A DNA stretch of 49,979 nt, the filler included, from Stramenopiles sp. TOSAG23-2 (taxonomy: Eukaryota): the NCBI GenBank assembly GCA_900128395.1. It is 2 parts of 2 records of this genome, joined end to end, with 100 filler letters (N's around TTAATTAATTAA, not from the genome) between each part and the next. Parts side by side here need not be neighbours in the genome. Positions count along the whole stretch, not along the records: positions 1 to 25,026 come from LT649458.1; 1 more part is not named here. One strand, given 5' to 3'. A model generated the notes under the pieces. That model saw only the letters and a list, made by a program, of their open reading frames with translations, made no database searches and was not told the origin of the DNA. Below are positions 1-11,261 of the stretch, piece by piece. A program made the translations under genes and the position numbers. The first letter of the stretch is position 1, and every line of letters starts with the position of its first letter.

Positions 1-594
1 CTTGATAGGGTTTGCAGCCAATACAGGCAATAGCTCTATATTCCACACCTTTAAGGCTGGTATTATACATCAGTATTCTTCTAGAATAAAATTATGTTAG
101 TTTATTTGTATAATATAGTTTGGTTTAGAAGACCAATTAATATGGGAATTTTATAGGAAGAAAAGTGCAAACCGGCAAACTTGGCAAAACAAAGCCAAAT
201 GTAAAATATTCTAATAATAATATTATATGTACATCACAATGCCTGGAATGCAATGATAATTCCTGCTAGCTGCCTGGAATTAATTCACATATATAATAAT
301 TAATAGAACTCATCATATTATTCTAATTAAGGTTATAGGAGGTTTCATCATCAGATATAATATAATGATTGAAAGAAGAAAATCAACAACAACAATTATA
401 TCTATTTGTTGAAGAAAGTGTATATATATGTATGTAGAGATAGAGAGAGCCGTTTTAATAATGCAATTACCCACTCTCAGTACATACGTACATACATTTA
501 CATACACGCGATAACAAGCTAACATACGAAGGAATAAAAGAATAAAACATATACACAAACATAAGTAGAGAAGGAGAAAAAAAGACAGAGAAAC

Positions 595-2208
595 ATGATT
601 ATATCACAGGACAATGAAAAGAAATTATCACAACTAGCTGAAGATTTAAAAGAAAATGTTACAATAAAAGATAGAAAACATCATTTTCGTAATTATCCAT
701 CAACTTTCCTTGGTCGAGATGCATTGGCGTGGTTGATCGAATCGAAGAGTGCCTCGACAATGGCAGAAGCAAAACAAGTAGGAAATATATTAATTTCTGC
801 AGGTTACTTTCATCATGTCCATGATGAACATACTTTGAAGGACGAATTTTTATTTTACAGGTTTTATGACGATGAAAAAAAAGATGCTAAGAAGAAAAAA
901 GGTAAAGAGGATAAGTTGGATGATTTATCCGTGCCACAACAAGTTGCATTATTGGAATTGCAATTGAATGAGAAAAATGTCGAATTGTCATCCATATACG
1001 AACGATTGTCCAAGATGGAAGAGACTATATGGAGCATGAAAGATTCAATAATACATGCTAATTTTTTTATAAAGATATTTACATATGCGATATCATTTAT
1101 GGGATTATGTTTGCTTTATTTATTATTTAATGGATATATTTTCTTTATATTCTTGTTGATAATGGCACCTTTTCTATTCCAAACAACAATAGCAATATCC
1201 ATTTTATCAAGCGTGTATAACCTTTTAGGATATGATATGACAAAGATAAAACGAGCAAGTTCAAGTGATAAGAGAAAAGTCAAAACATTAGGAAATAAAT
1301 TAGGAAGTAAACGTATCAGCGAAATTTTACAAAATGTAACGTTGGATGAAGATGATGGTAGTAAATTAAATGATATACATGCAGCGACATATTTTGCAAC
1401 AAATCCAACGGTAGATGCAATTACTATTGATAGATATACACGAAAACATTTAAAAATGGGTGATTGCCACCATCCTATGGAAGTAGAAACAAATTTGTTT
1501 AAAGGTAAAATTATTTTAACCTTGCGAGGCAATAAACGTTTAGACCACGGCAGCATACCAACACGCAGTTACTTTGAAGGTAAAAATAGAATAAGTGCAT
1601 GTTTTGTACAAGGGAAATTTAAAAAAGAAATTCCATTCAATGAAGTGTTGACTGGGCAAAATTTTAGTAAAAAGTTGCAAAATTTACCATCATCATTTTT
1701 GATACAAATGTTATTTGGGGTATTGAATCGTATTTCTCCCAATATGGTGGCGGATGTTACTTGTCCAAAACCATATTTATTAACGCCGCTTATTGCTGCA
1801 GCACAAACGGTGCATGTATGTAAGCCAGGACAGAAACCACCAAATTTGTCAGATGTATTTTCTAGAGATTTATCAGATAATGATTTAGAAGATTGTTCCC
1901 TATTGTTTCCACCTTCCCAAAAGAAAATGACGTACAATAAACGTCGTAAACATTTCAATACAATGAAAAACATGGATGGACTTTCATTTGACACTGAAAA
2001 TACTTATACATTTGGTTTTTGGCAAGATATATTTGATTCCACTAAATTCATGGCAATCTTACCATTCGGGTCTTATGATGTTTCAAAATATATGAATGAA
2101 CAACCTATGCAAGTAATGGCAAAGGTTGGGGTTAAGGGTGAATATGTGTGGTGTGCTGAGATGTGGCATCGTAAATTATTTGAAACAAATAAACGAGATA
2201 GCGTGTGA
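595..2208 (+). CDS. DEP-domain / transmembrane / DUF1769-like protein
   Basis: 537-aa ORF. N-terminal DEP-like motif (IKDRKHHFRNYPSTFLGRDALAWL...FHHVHDEHTLKDEFLFYRF), then coiled coil, a hydrophobic stretch at about aa 155-210, and a C-terminal YFEGKNR..VQGKFK..GQNF region resembling DUF1769. Confidence 0.7.
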   Translation: MIISQDNEKKLSQLAEDLKENVTIKDRKHHFRNYPSTFLGRDALAWLIESKSASTMAEAKQVGNILISAGYFHHVHDEHTLKDEFLFYRFYDDEKKDAKKKKGKEDKLDDLSVPQQVALLELQLNEKNVELSSIYERLSKMEETIWSMKDSIIHANFFIKIFTYAISFMGLCLLYLLFNGYIFFIFLLIMAPFLFQTTIAISILSSVYNLLGYDMTKIKRASSSDKRKVKTLGNKLGSKRISEILQNVTLDEDDGSKLNDIHAATYFATNPTVDAITIDRYTRKHLKMGDCHHPMEVETNLFKGKIILTLRGNKRLDHGSIPTRSYFEGKNRISACFVQGKFKKEIPFNEVLTGQNFSKKLQNLPSSFLIQMLFGVLNRISPNMVADVTCPKPYLLTPLIAAAQTVHVCKPGQKPPNLSDVFSRDLSDNDLEDCSLLFPPSQKKMTYNKRRKHFNTMKNMDGLSFDTENTYTFGFWQDIFDSTKFMAILPFGSYDVSKYMNEQPMQVMAKVGVKGEYVWCAEMWHRKLFETNKRDSV

Positions 2209-2299
2209 AAAAAAAATTGGGAATTCTGGACAGTTCATAATTACCCCCTGGTCACAATTTGTATGTACGACATTTTTAAATACTGAAATATTAAAGATG

Positions 2300-2348
2300 T
2301 GGTTAAAATCTAAAGTTATGAATAATTTTACTTCCCGTGGAAAATTAC
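2300..2348 (-). repeat. Truncated copy of the convergent-spacer dispersed repeat
   Basis: TGGTTAAAATCTAAAGTTATGAATAATTTTACTTCCCGTGG is the reverse complement of the shared end of the copies at 9935, 17653 and 37741. Confidence 0.8.
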
Positions 2349-2826
2349 TAAAAAATATTTAATAAAAAGGGGGGGAATATACCAAAAAATATATAATTTT
2401 TGTCTCAATACTTCGTATCATTATTATCATATATTTTTAATATTTAATGTACGAAAGCGTATGTACGATTTTAATTAAATGCCAATTTTATTACTTTCAT
2501 TTACTTCGTGTACTTTATTTTTATATGTGTGATATAATTTAATTTACGCATGTGTGATATGCATGTGTGAAATTTTAAAAATTTATACTCCAACAAAACT
2601 TCCTAAAAACAGGGTGATAAATATAGATTTAGTATACCAATAAATGTATATTTATATAGGGAGATATTATAATATCATAAAATCGGATATTCTGATATTT
2701 TCATTCAAATTAACATTGCCATTTTTGGATTTTATGAATTATCCAACATATAACTATCAAATATATATAAATGGTATACTAAATCTATACTTATTAGAAC
2801 ACATGTTTTTGGTTTTTGGGAAATAA

Positions 2827-2899
2827 GGTTTGCCTGGTTTGCCTGGTTTGCCTGGTTTGCCTGGTTTGCCAGTTTGCACGCGTTTGCCAGTTTTGCCTG
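2827..2899. repeat. 9-bp tandem repeat (GGTTTGCCT)x5 with a degenerate tail
   Basis: Four exact units from 2827, then GGTTTGCCA, then GTTTGC-containing degenerate units. Confidence 0.95.
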
Positions 2900-3028
2900 T
2901 GGTTTTTCGGTCGTACGTGCGTACGGATAGGAATATTATTATCATGATGGGTAGAAATATAAAAAATTATTATGATAAAATATATTCGTACATAATATTT
3001 TACTTGTTGATCCCCATCATAACCCACT

Positions 3029-3778
3029 TCAATCTATTATTGTCATCAACATAAATGCTGCTAATGGTTTAAATCGAAATTTTGTTTCAATATTAATTGA
3101 AAGAATAGATGTGATCATGATTAAAAACGTAGTCATGTCTTTTGTTAAACCATCCTTATTCAATTTCAATGTGCCAGCAATACCCATAGTAATCCAAAAT
3201 ATAAATCCAAAACCATACAACAGTGCCATTGTTCGTATTTGGCCAATCATAAATTGAAAAAGGCCTCGAGGGAACATAGCTTCCAAAATCGATTTGTTGC
3301 TGGATCGTCTCAAAAAGTATCCATATATTTTCCAACCAATGCTGTAGGCCCAATATACGATTAAACTTCCATTTTCAATATTTCGATACATAGCATACCA
3401 ACCACATTTCAATGCTTTTTGAAAAATACTTTGATTTCCAACAAATTCTTTCCATGCATAATCCCAAGGTATGGCATTCCCTTCGTAACTCCTAATGAGA
3501 TGCACAGCATTATCGTCCCCTGCCAATTCTGATACATAATTTCTTGTGCTTCCCCTGGGATGGTGGTAGTCATTTAAAATTTTCCAGACGGATACATATG
3601 TGGCAGCACCAAATAAAGCAACGGATCTCGCCGGTGACAAGTCACCTAAAAAATCGTTCATATAAGCAATAAACGCTAGTTTTTTTCCCCATCTACCATA
3701 TCTTGTAGTTCGTTTTTCAATGTAGTATTTCCATGTATTTGGGGGTTTCCCACCTTTGTTTAATTCTTCTTTCGACAT
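3029..3778 (-). CDS. Membrane protein, possibly TMEM135/PXMP4-like
   Basis: 249-aa ORF with several hydrophobic segments. The C-terminal SINIETKFRFKPLAAFML resembles the TMEM135 'SILIEKKSRR.ELALY' pattern; the resemblance is weak. Confidence 0.45.
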   Translation of the reverse strand: MSKEELNKGGKPPNTWKYYIEKRTTRYGRWGKKLAFIAYMNDFLGDLSPARSVALFGAATYVSVWKILNDYHHPRGSTRNYVSELAGDDNAVHLIRSYEGNAIPWDYAWKEFVGNQSIFQKALKCGWYAMYRNIENGSLIVYWAYSIGWKIYGYFLRRSSNKSILEAMFPRGLFQFMIGQIRTMALLYGFGFIFWITMGIAGTLKLNKDGLTKDMTTFLIMITSILSINIETKFRFKPLAAFMLMTIID

Positions 3779-4564
3779 GTCTCGTAATATAATAATGATT
3801 CCAATAAAATTAATCTATAAAACTTGCAGCAATAATATTGTAACATAAGTTCGATGTAATGTTATATTTATACTTATGTATACTGGTATAATAAATATAA
3901 ATATTATTTTTATGTAGTATTTTATTATTATGTACTATTGCACTACCTAGTCTATTTTTTAACAAATTATTATTATTAAAGGCTGAATATATTACTCGTA
4001 TAGAATTGAAATTACAAATTACAACAAATAATTAATTACAACAACAAAAAAATAACTAAAATTAGTATTATTATACAGTAGAGTCCAGGTAGTCCAGTAG
4101 TCGTCTAGCACTCTATTAACTATTATTAATTTTATTATTTCAAAAAATCGCTTATGGTAAGCTGGTATTATCTAAGCCAGTTCGGCTAGAGCTAGGAGCT
4201 AGCTATAATAGCTGGCCCGCTGGCTAGCTCTAGCAAGGAGCTACACAAGCTCTAGACACAATCTTATTGGTGAACAAAAAAAAAAACACCGCCACGCCCC
4301 CACCCGCCGACTACCAGACTACTACTATTATATTAGTCAATAAAAGTTGAATAATATAATAATAATAATTGTTAGTAAATATTTAAAGACACTGTTGTAC
4401 CAAATATACAACTTATACATAGAACAATATTATTTCATTGTTAATGTATGTACAATATTAAACAGGCACGCAGAAATATAAAAAGTAATATATTTGTGCT
4501 GGTATTTGAGTACTTTTACAGGGAAACGTAGAATAATTGTATATTTATACAAACATATACCACA

Positions 4565-7500
4565 ATGTTAAATCGTACTATTGCTAGTTACTTTATTTTC
4601 TGTTATCTAGTTTTTCAGCAACAAGTATATGAGATCCACGCATTTTGTCGTGCACTTCCTTGTAAGTAATATATTTATAAATATATCATTGTTCTCGGCA
4701 CTACTAAGTTTAAATTGTTTTCTAACATACAAATTGTTTTATTGCATTAAATACTACATAAAGCCGGTGGTCCATTATCTGCCACGGCGCTGTTGAGACA
4801 ACACACTCCCGATGGAGAAAATTGTATGTTGAGAATACATCATCCAACACAATCAGATGCTACGGCAACGGCAAACACAATTGCTAGAGGTATATTATTT
4901 TTAGATACTGCAGCCTCAAACGCAGCTGTTATACAGGTAATTCCAAATACAGTTGGAAGTGCTACAGAAGGAAGTGCGCCGTTGATGGAATTTTTTGTCG
5001 GTGGTGACGGGAACGCGTTTAAATGGATGACGATTAGTACCATGGGAAATATTAACGTACTAGGTGCTTCGTCAACTATGACAGTAACAAATGATTTTAC
5101 TGTAAATGCTGATACCATATTTGGTAATTTAAAAACAACAGATACAATGACAGTAAACTCTGTATCCACGTTGATGGGAGTCACAAGTATACAAAATACG
5201 TTTCATGTTAAAAACCAAGATGCTAGTACAACAATGTTTACAGTGACTGAGAATAACGGTAATGTAGATGTTTTAGGTGACAGTGCACAAATGACAGTAA
5301 CAAATGATTTTACTGTAAATGCTGATACCATATTTGGTAATTTAAAAACAACAGATACAATGACAGTAAACTCTGTATCCACGTTGATGGGAGTCACAAG
5401 TATACAAAATACGTTTCATGTTAAAAACCAAGATGCTAGTACAACAATGTTTACAGTGACTGAGAATAACGGTAATGTAGATGTTTTAGGTGACAGTGCA
5501 CAAATGACAGTAACAAATGATTTTACTGTAAATGCTGATACCATATTTGGTAATTTAAAAACAACAGATACAATGACAGTAAACTCTGTATCCACGTTGA
5601 TGGGAGTCACAAATATACAAAATACTTTCAATGTGAAAAACCAAGCTGGTAATACTGTGCAATTTACGGTTGCTGAAAATACCGGTAACACAGAAGTATC
5701 TGGTACATTGGATGTTACCGGTGCAACTACACTTAGTAGTACAACTAGTTCAGTTGGTAATTTTGATGTAGCTACTAATAAATTTACTGTTACTGCGGCA
5801 AATGGAAATACTGCTGTGGCTGGTACATTGGATGTTACCGGTGCAACTACACTTAGTAGTACAACTCGTTCAGTTGGCAATTTTGATGTAGCTACTGATA
5901 AATTTACTGTTACTGCGGCAAATGGAAATACTGCTGTGGCTGGTACATTGGATGTTACCGGTGCAACTACACTTAGTAGTACAACTCGTTCAGTTGGCAA
6001 TTTTGATGTAGCTACTGATAAATTTACTGTTACTGCGGCAAATGGAAATACTGCTGTAGCTGGTACATTGGCTGTTAGCGGTGCAACTACACTTAGTAGT
6101 ACATTGGCTGTTACCGGTGCAACTACACTTAGTAGTACAACTCGTTCAGTTGGCAATTTTGATGTAAATACTGATAAATTTACTGTTAATGCAGGAACTG
6201 GAAATACTGCTGTAGCTGGTACATTAGATGTTAGTGGCACCACTACATTAGCAACCGTATCTTCAGGTACATGGCAAGGAACTTGCGTTGCAAATGCTTA
6301 TGTTTGCGATTCAACTCAATGGATAGACACTGGCGGTACAGGTTTAACAAAAACCGGGACTTCGTTGAATGTAGATGCTTCCCAAACACAAATAACATCT
6401 GTTGGTACTATTGGTGCAGGTACATGGCAAGGAACTTGCGTTGCAAATACTTATGTTTGCGATTCAACTCAATGGATAGACACTGGCGGTACAGGTTTAA
6501 CAAAAACCGGGACTTCGTTGAATGTAGATGCTTCCCAAACACAAATAACATCTGTTGGTACTATTGGTGCAGGTACATGGCAAGGAACTTGCGTTGCAAA
6601 TAATTATATTTGCGATTCAACTCAATGGATAGACACTGGCGGTACAGGTTTAACAAAAACCGGGACTTCGTTGAATGTAGATGCTTCCCAAACACAAATA
6701 ACATCTGTTGGTACTATTGGTGCAGGTACATGGCAAGGTTCCAAAATTCAAGATAATTACATCCAATCAGCAGGGACTTGGAATAGTAAGGTTGGCACTG
6801 GTGGTACAGGGTTAACGAAATCTGGAACTACATTAAATGTAGATGCTTCCCAAACACAAATAACACAAGTGGGGACTATTAATTCAGGTACATGGCAAGC
6901 TTCTTCAATTCAAGATTCCTATATTGCATCCCAAGGAACTTGGCATGGTAAAATTGATACTGCTGGAACTGGTTTATCCAAGTCTGGGACTACGTTGTCA
7001 GTGAGCATGACAAGCAATGTGGAATATAGGATAGGTGATATTGCTGCGGGCAATGAAGGCGATTTTCAATCAAATTCGGCTACGTATGCAAGTAAAGGAA
7101 GGCTTGCTGCAACTTGGATTTATAGCAATGCTATAGAGGCACCAGATGAGCGGGGTTCTGCAAGCACAGCTATCATGATTGGTGATTCAGGTTGGAGCAG
7201 TGCAGATGGTGATAAGATCATGTTTGTGACTTCTGGGCGCACAAGCACTTATATAGATAGTAATGGAGACTATAACCCCTCAGACATTCGATTGAAAACA
7301 AATATTGAACCTTTTCCTGCAAATATATCTGCCTCAGAAATCTTGAGTAATGTCGAAATATTTTCATACAATATATTGATTAAAGACGATAATGGCACGG
7401 AGACTGCCCATGAAACGCGCGTATGGGGTTTCTCTGCTCAAGATTTAGCATCGAAGACTGAAAATATTGTTCGCGAAGGTGGGGAAGATAAATTTAAAGA

Positions 7501-7777
7501 GCCATGGACTTACAGTGGCAAAAGTTTAGAAGGATTCTTTGTCCAAGCAATAAAAGAGTTAAAATTAGAAAATAAAGAGCTCAAGTCCGAAATAAAAGAT
7601 TTGAAGCAACGTAGGCGATTGAACCCAGATGATTCTGGTAAAGCCCATAATTCGCCGAAAGAGTCCGTGGATACATTTTCAAATATGCTTGCCATTATGG
7701 AACGAATGGAAACGTTGTCGTTTCAGAATACAGAACTTTTGCGTCGGATTGAAGAGTTGGAAAAAAAACATATATAA
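4565..7777 (+). CDS. Secreted tail-fibre-like repeat protein with C-terminal intramolecular chaperone (Peptidase S74/ICA) domain; 2 exons (4565-4661, 4764-7777)
   Basis: ATG 4565 encodes a signal-peptide-like MLNRTIASYFIFCYLVFQQQVYEIHAFC. A GTAAGT donor at 4662 and AAG acceptor ending 4763 splice in frame into the 994-aa ORF. Three Thr/Gly/Val-rich repeat blocks follow, then SDIRLKTNI (Ser codon 7280), WGFSAQDL and a coiled coil. Confidence 0.8.
4662..4763 (+). other. Spliceosomal intron (102 nt, phase 1)
   Basis: GTAAGT donor, TTCTAAC branch-point-like motif near 4720, AG acceptor. Removal joins T+CC (Ser) and restores the frame of the downstream ORF. Confidence 0.8.
5078..6900 (+). repeat. 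Intragenic tandem repeat blocks with periods 213, 120 and 153 bp
   Basis: 213-bp units start at 5078, 5291 and 5504. 120-bp units start at 5702, 5822, 5942 and 6062. 153-bp units have the ATGGCAAGG landmark at 6271, 6424, 6577 and 6730. Units are nearly identical at nucleotide level. Confidence 0.95.
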
Positions 7778-8676
7778 GCAATTGTGATAGTGTATGTTGC
7801 AATTTTCATATCATACCAACATATTTTTTCTTATATCTTATTAATATGTTATGCAAGCTTTATCAAATCCATATGTTATATATGCAAGGCATCTCAAAAT
7901 CAACTATAGTATACACGGCAGGCGCATATGATAAGGTACTTATAAATACAATTTCAAACATTGAAGAATGTGATAAAAAACATCCAATGCGCTATGAGAG
8001 GCTTAATGATTTCGACTAGTGTTAAAAACAAAATTCCAAAAAATTATAAGGATGTTTGCCGAAAATATGATAAATAATTAAATATCCGCAAAAAATACGT
8101 ATTTAGAAAATTTTAGGAGTTTGTATACTTTAAGTATATTTTTATATATTTTATGCTATGAAGTATACCTCTTTGTTAAAATAAAGTGTATAATAATAAA
8201 AATATCGAAATTTGTCGTATTATTTAGTTTCCTAGATATAGTGAAGCTATTATTATAAATTAGAAGGGTCCTTAAACTAAAATTTCAAGAAAATGCATCA
8301 AAAAGTTTGTACGGAAAAAAAAAAAAAAAATAGCAGGTAAATACTATCAGATCACAAATTTTGTACGGAATAAGAAAAAATGCAAATGAAAATACATGGG
8401 AATAGCATTAGCATATTTTGGGATAAAAAAAGCTTACGTAGAAGAATGGGCCTTTATAGTCATTGCTTTACCAGGAGGTATAAGAATAAAGCACTAAAAA
8501 AAAATGATAATAGCTGGATAGCCAGGATAGATAATTACACATGTATTTTTTTGTCTATTTACACATAAGTAACTGGAAAAAGATACACATATCGTATCTC
8601 TATGTATACATATATATACATTAATTAAATCCAGTCGTTTTATCAATTATTTATACAGAGAAGAACAATAACAAAT

Positions 8677-9603
8677 ATGGAACGGACAGAGTTATTGCAA
8701 CCAATTATGCCCCTTAAAGAATCAGCTGTTATAACTTTGAAATGGTGTATTATTGGTTTATTAGCTTTATGCGTTGCTGATTATTTAGTTGCAAGGCATT
8801 ACAAAGGACGTTATTTTATATTGCATGTAGCTGCCAATACATTCATATCCATTGCATCATTGAATGATTTGTGGTTCGTTATGACGGATACCATAGGTGC
8901 TTTAAAGGAATTTGAAGCAACACTTGTACCTCTTGGTTTAGTGTTTTCCATTCATTTTTATCACATGCTTGCACCAGGGTTCAAATTGTATTACGTGGAC
9001 TGGTTGCACCATGTAGTTATGGTTATTTTTGGTTGCCCATTACTTGTACTGGCTAAAATTGGCCCATTGATGAATTTTTGCTTTTTCTTCATATGCGGCG
9101 TACCAGGTGGATATGATTATTTTATGCTTGTTTTAGTAAAAAATAAAGTTATGAAACCATTAACAGAAAAGCGACGTAATAATATGGTACAAGTTTGGGT
9201 TCGTGCAGTAGCTTTGAATATCTCTGTCATGTTGCTTTATATTCAAAATCAAGTTCAAAAGGCAAATGGCCATGATATATCGGCATATTTGCTCTTTATT
9301 CGTGCTGCTTTAATGCTTATTACATATTGGAATGGAAATTATTTCATGGAACGCGTTTGTGGCAATTATTATGTTACTGCATATAAATTGCGTGAGACAT
9401 GGGAGAAAAATAAAGTTAGTGATCCAAAAGATAGAAAAGATTTATCTAGTATGGCAAATTCAGAAGATTTACGCAAGAAGGTATTGGAAGATGAAGTTGA
9501 TGAACACCCATTGCCTGATGGTGTTCAAATGCCTGGGCATACCCGTAAAACTAAAATTTCTAGTATGGGAAAAATCTGGAATTACATTCGTGTCGGTTCT
9601 TAA
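8677..9603 (+). CDS. TLC (TRAM/LAG1/CLN8)-domain multi-pass membrane protein
   Basis: 308 aa with multiple TM helices and the motifs YFILHVAAN, DWLHHVVM, CGVPGGYDY and YWNGNYF. Confidence 0.65.
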   Translation: MERTELLQPIMPLKESAVITLKWCIIGLLALCVADYLVARHYKGRYFILHVAANTFISIASLNDLWFVMTDTIGALKEFEATLVPLGLVFSIHFYHMLAPGFKLYYVDWLHHVVMVIFGCPLLVLAKIGPLMNFCFFFICGVPGGYDYFMLVLVKNKVMKPLTEKRRNNMVQVWVRAVALNISVMLLYIQNQVQKANGHDISAYLLFIRAALMLITYWNGNYFMERVCGNYYVTAYKLRETWEKNKVSDPKDRKDLSSMANSEDLRKKVLEDEVDEHPLPDGVQMPGHTRKTKISSMGKIWNYIRVGS

Positions 9604-9934
9604 AAATCTATAGGAACAACATTATATTTTGGTATGAACATTACCATTAGTAATATATATATGCATTATATATTATTTTAAAAAATTATTATTTTTTAAT
9701 ATATTTTATTAATATATTTAAAAATGATAAAAATATTTTATTAATATTTTTATATAAATAAAAATAAGAAAAGCAAGAAAAGAAGATATCATATACGTAT
9801 AAAAGATGAACGGAAGAGAAGTGAATCGGTCTATTAAAAAAAGTCAAAATTACTGCCAATATGGATTCTTTCGAACTTTAAAAAAATATACGCGTACAAA
9901 TAAAAAATAAATTAGCAACCATTACTTCGTATGA

Positions 9935-10107
9935 TAGAGTATGCATATTGGTTTACAGAGGTGCATTAGAGCGCTTTACTATATACGAAGTATAGTAGGC
10001 CGATAGAAATATTATTCTTGAGATTGAGTATTGAGCATATGATATGCATATTACTTAGCACGGGGAAGTAAAATTATTACGAGTATTTAAAACTTCGATT
10101 TTAACCA
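9935..10107 (+). repeat. Convergent-spacer dispersed repeat copy
   Basis: GTTTACAGAGGTGCATTAGAGC...TACTATA..TATAGTAGG...GATTGAGTATTGAGCA...CACGGGGAAGTAAAATTATT...GATTTTAACCA. Confidence 0.9.
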
Positions 10108-10415
10108 TGTTCCATGTTATCATTAATAAAATTTAAAATTTAAACACTATATATCGTATCTTTTCTCTTTTGTAAAAAAACATAATCATATTAAATATCA
10201 TATTTTGTGTACCATATATCATATATCATATTTAATATTATAATATATATATATATATATATATCCCCTCTGATGCCCTTCAGCATACTGATTTCGTACG
10301 TCTCTCGTCTCTCTCGGACGTATTTTTGTAACAAAATACGAAGCAATTATATTATATATATATCATATATATATAAAAATTAAATTATATATATGATACA
10401 TCGTATATATTTTAT

Positions 10416-11261
10416 TCATGCTGCAAATTGAAATTTTAATGAAGATCCCCATTTGTTTAATAACTTTTTTTCATCAACAATATTGCTACAGCAACTACTA
10501 CTATCACTGATGGTATTATTATTACTATCAATAACATTATCCTTATTTTTTTCACAACAAAAGAAAGCAAGTTTTGGTGAAGTTTTACTATGTTTTAGTT
10601 TAAAACCAATTTCATTCAAGAATTTAACAAATTTTTTACAATCTTGAAAAGCTGATTTACGTATACAAAGCAATGGTAAAATCAAAAATAGATGACCATT
10701 GATTTTTAAATGTTCATAAATATTTAATAACATTTTTAATCGTAGTTCTTTTGTTGGTACACAATTAATAACCATTGAAGATACAACAACATCGTATTCT
10801 TTCCTTGGTTGTAATTTTAGAAAATCTATTTGCTTTATGCGATGATTGCATGAATTCAAATCAATAGCCATTGTATCCATAAACGCAACATCCAAAAGAT
10901 GAGTATTAATAGCACCAATTTCCAACACTTTTAATTTTGGTTCTTTTTTTTTCGGCCTTAAATTTAATTTTGTTAAAATACTACAGACGTATTTGACGGT
11001 TCTATTGTGACGAGTTGATATTTTTGATGCATCTTGGTATCGTTGCCTACCACCTAGTTCATCTAATTGTTGCTTCAAGGCTTCCATACGTCGTTTTTCA
11101 ACATGATCTAATTTTGTATTTTTATTTTCTAACCTTTCAATCTCATGGGTAATTTCATGAAATTTACTCGTTACAACACGAGCTATTTTTCTAGATTTGA
11201 TTGGTGGTGGTGCAAGCGATGTTGCTTTTCTTTTTCTCCTCTTTTTCTTCTTTTTTTTCAT
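10416..11261 (-). CDS. BMT2: 25S rRNA adenine-N1 methyltransferase, Bmt2 family
   Basis: LGGRQRYQDAS, VLEIGA (SAM-binding motif I), IDLNS, SMVINCVP..RLKML, LFLILPLLC; basic N-terminus. Confidence 0.85.
   Translation of the reverse strand: MKKKKKKRRKRKATSLAPPPIKSRKIARVVTSKFHEITHEIERLENKNTKLDHVEKRRMEALKQQLDELGGRQRYQDASKISTRHNRTVKYVCSILTKLNLRPKKKEPKLKVLEIGAINTHLLDVAFMDTMAIDLNSCNHRIKQIDFLKLQPRKEYDVVVSSMVINCVPTKELRLKMLLNIYEHLKINGHLFLILPLLCIRKSAFQDCKKFVKFLNEIGFKLKHSKTSPKLAFFCCEKNKDNVIDSNNNTISDSSSCCSNIVDEKKLLNKWGSSLKFQFAA

Noticed and set aside
2757-3054. Collagen-like ORFs (PGLPGL / GKPGKP) on both strands
   Set aside because: They are by-products of the 9-bp tandem repeat; the rest of each ORF is AT-rich low-complexity sequence.
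5078-6900. CRISPR-like array
   Set aside because: Units are contiguous, in-frame multiples of 3 with no unique spacers; no cas genes; eukaryotic context.
4565-7777. Prophage or endogenous virus around the tail-fibre-like gene
   Set aside because: No capsid, terminase, integrase or polymerase genes nearby. Neighbours are ordinary eukaryotic genes and this gene has a spliceosomal intron.
7846-8019. 57-aa ORF (MLCKLYQIHM...ERLNDFD) below the track cutoff
   Set aside because: No recognisable motif or other support; could arise by chance.
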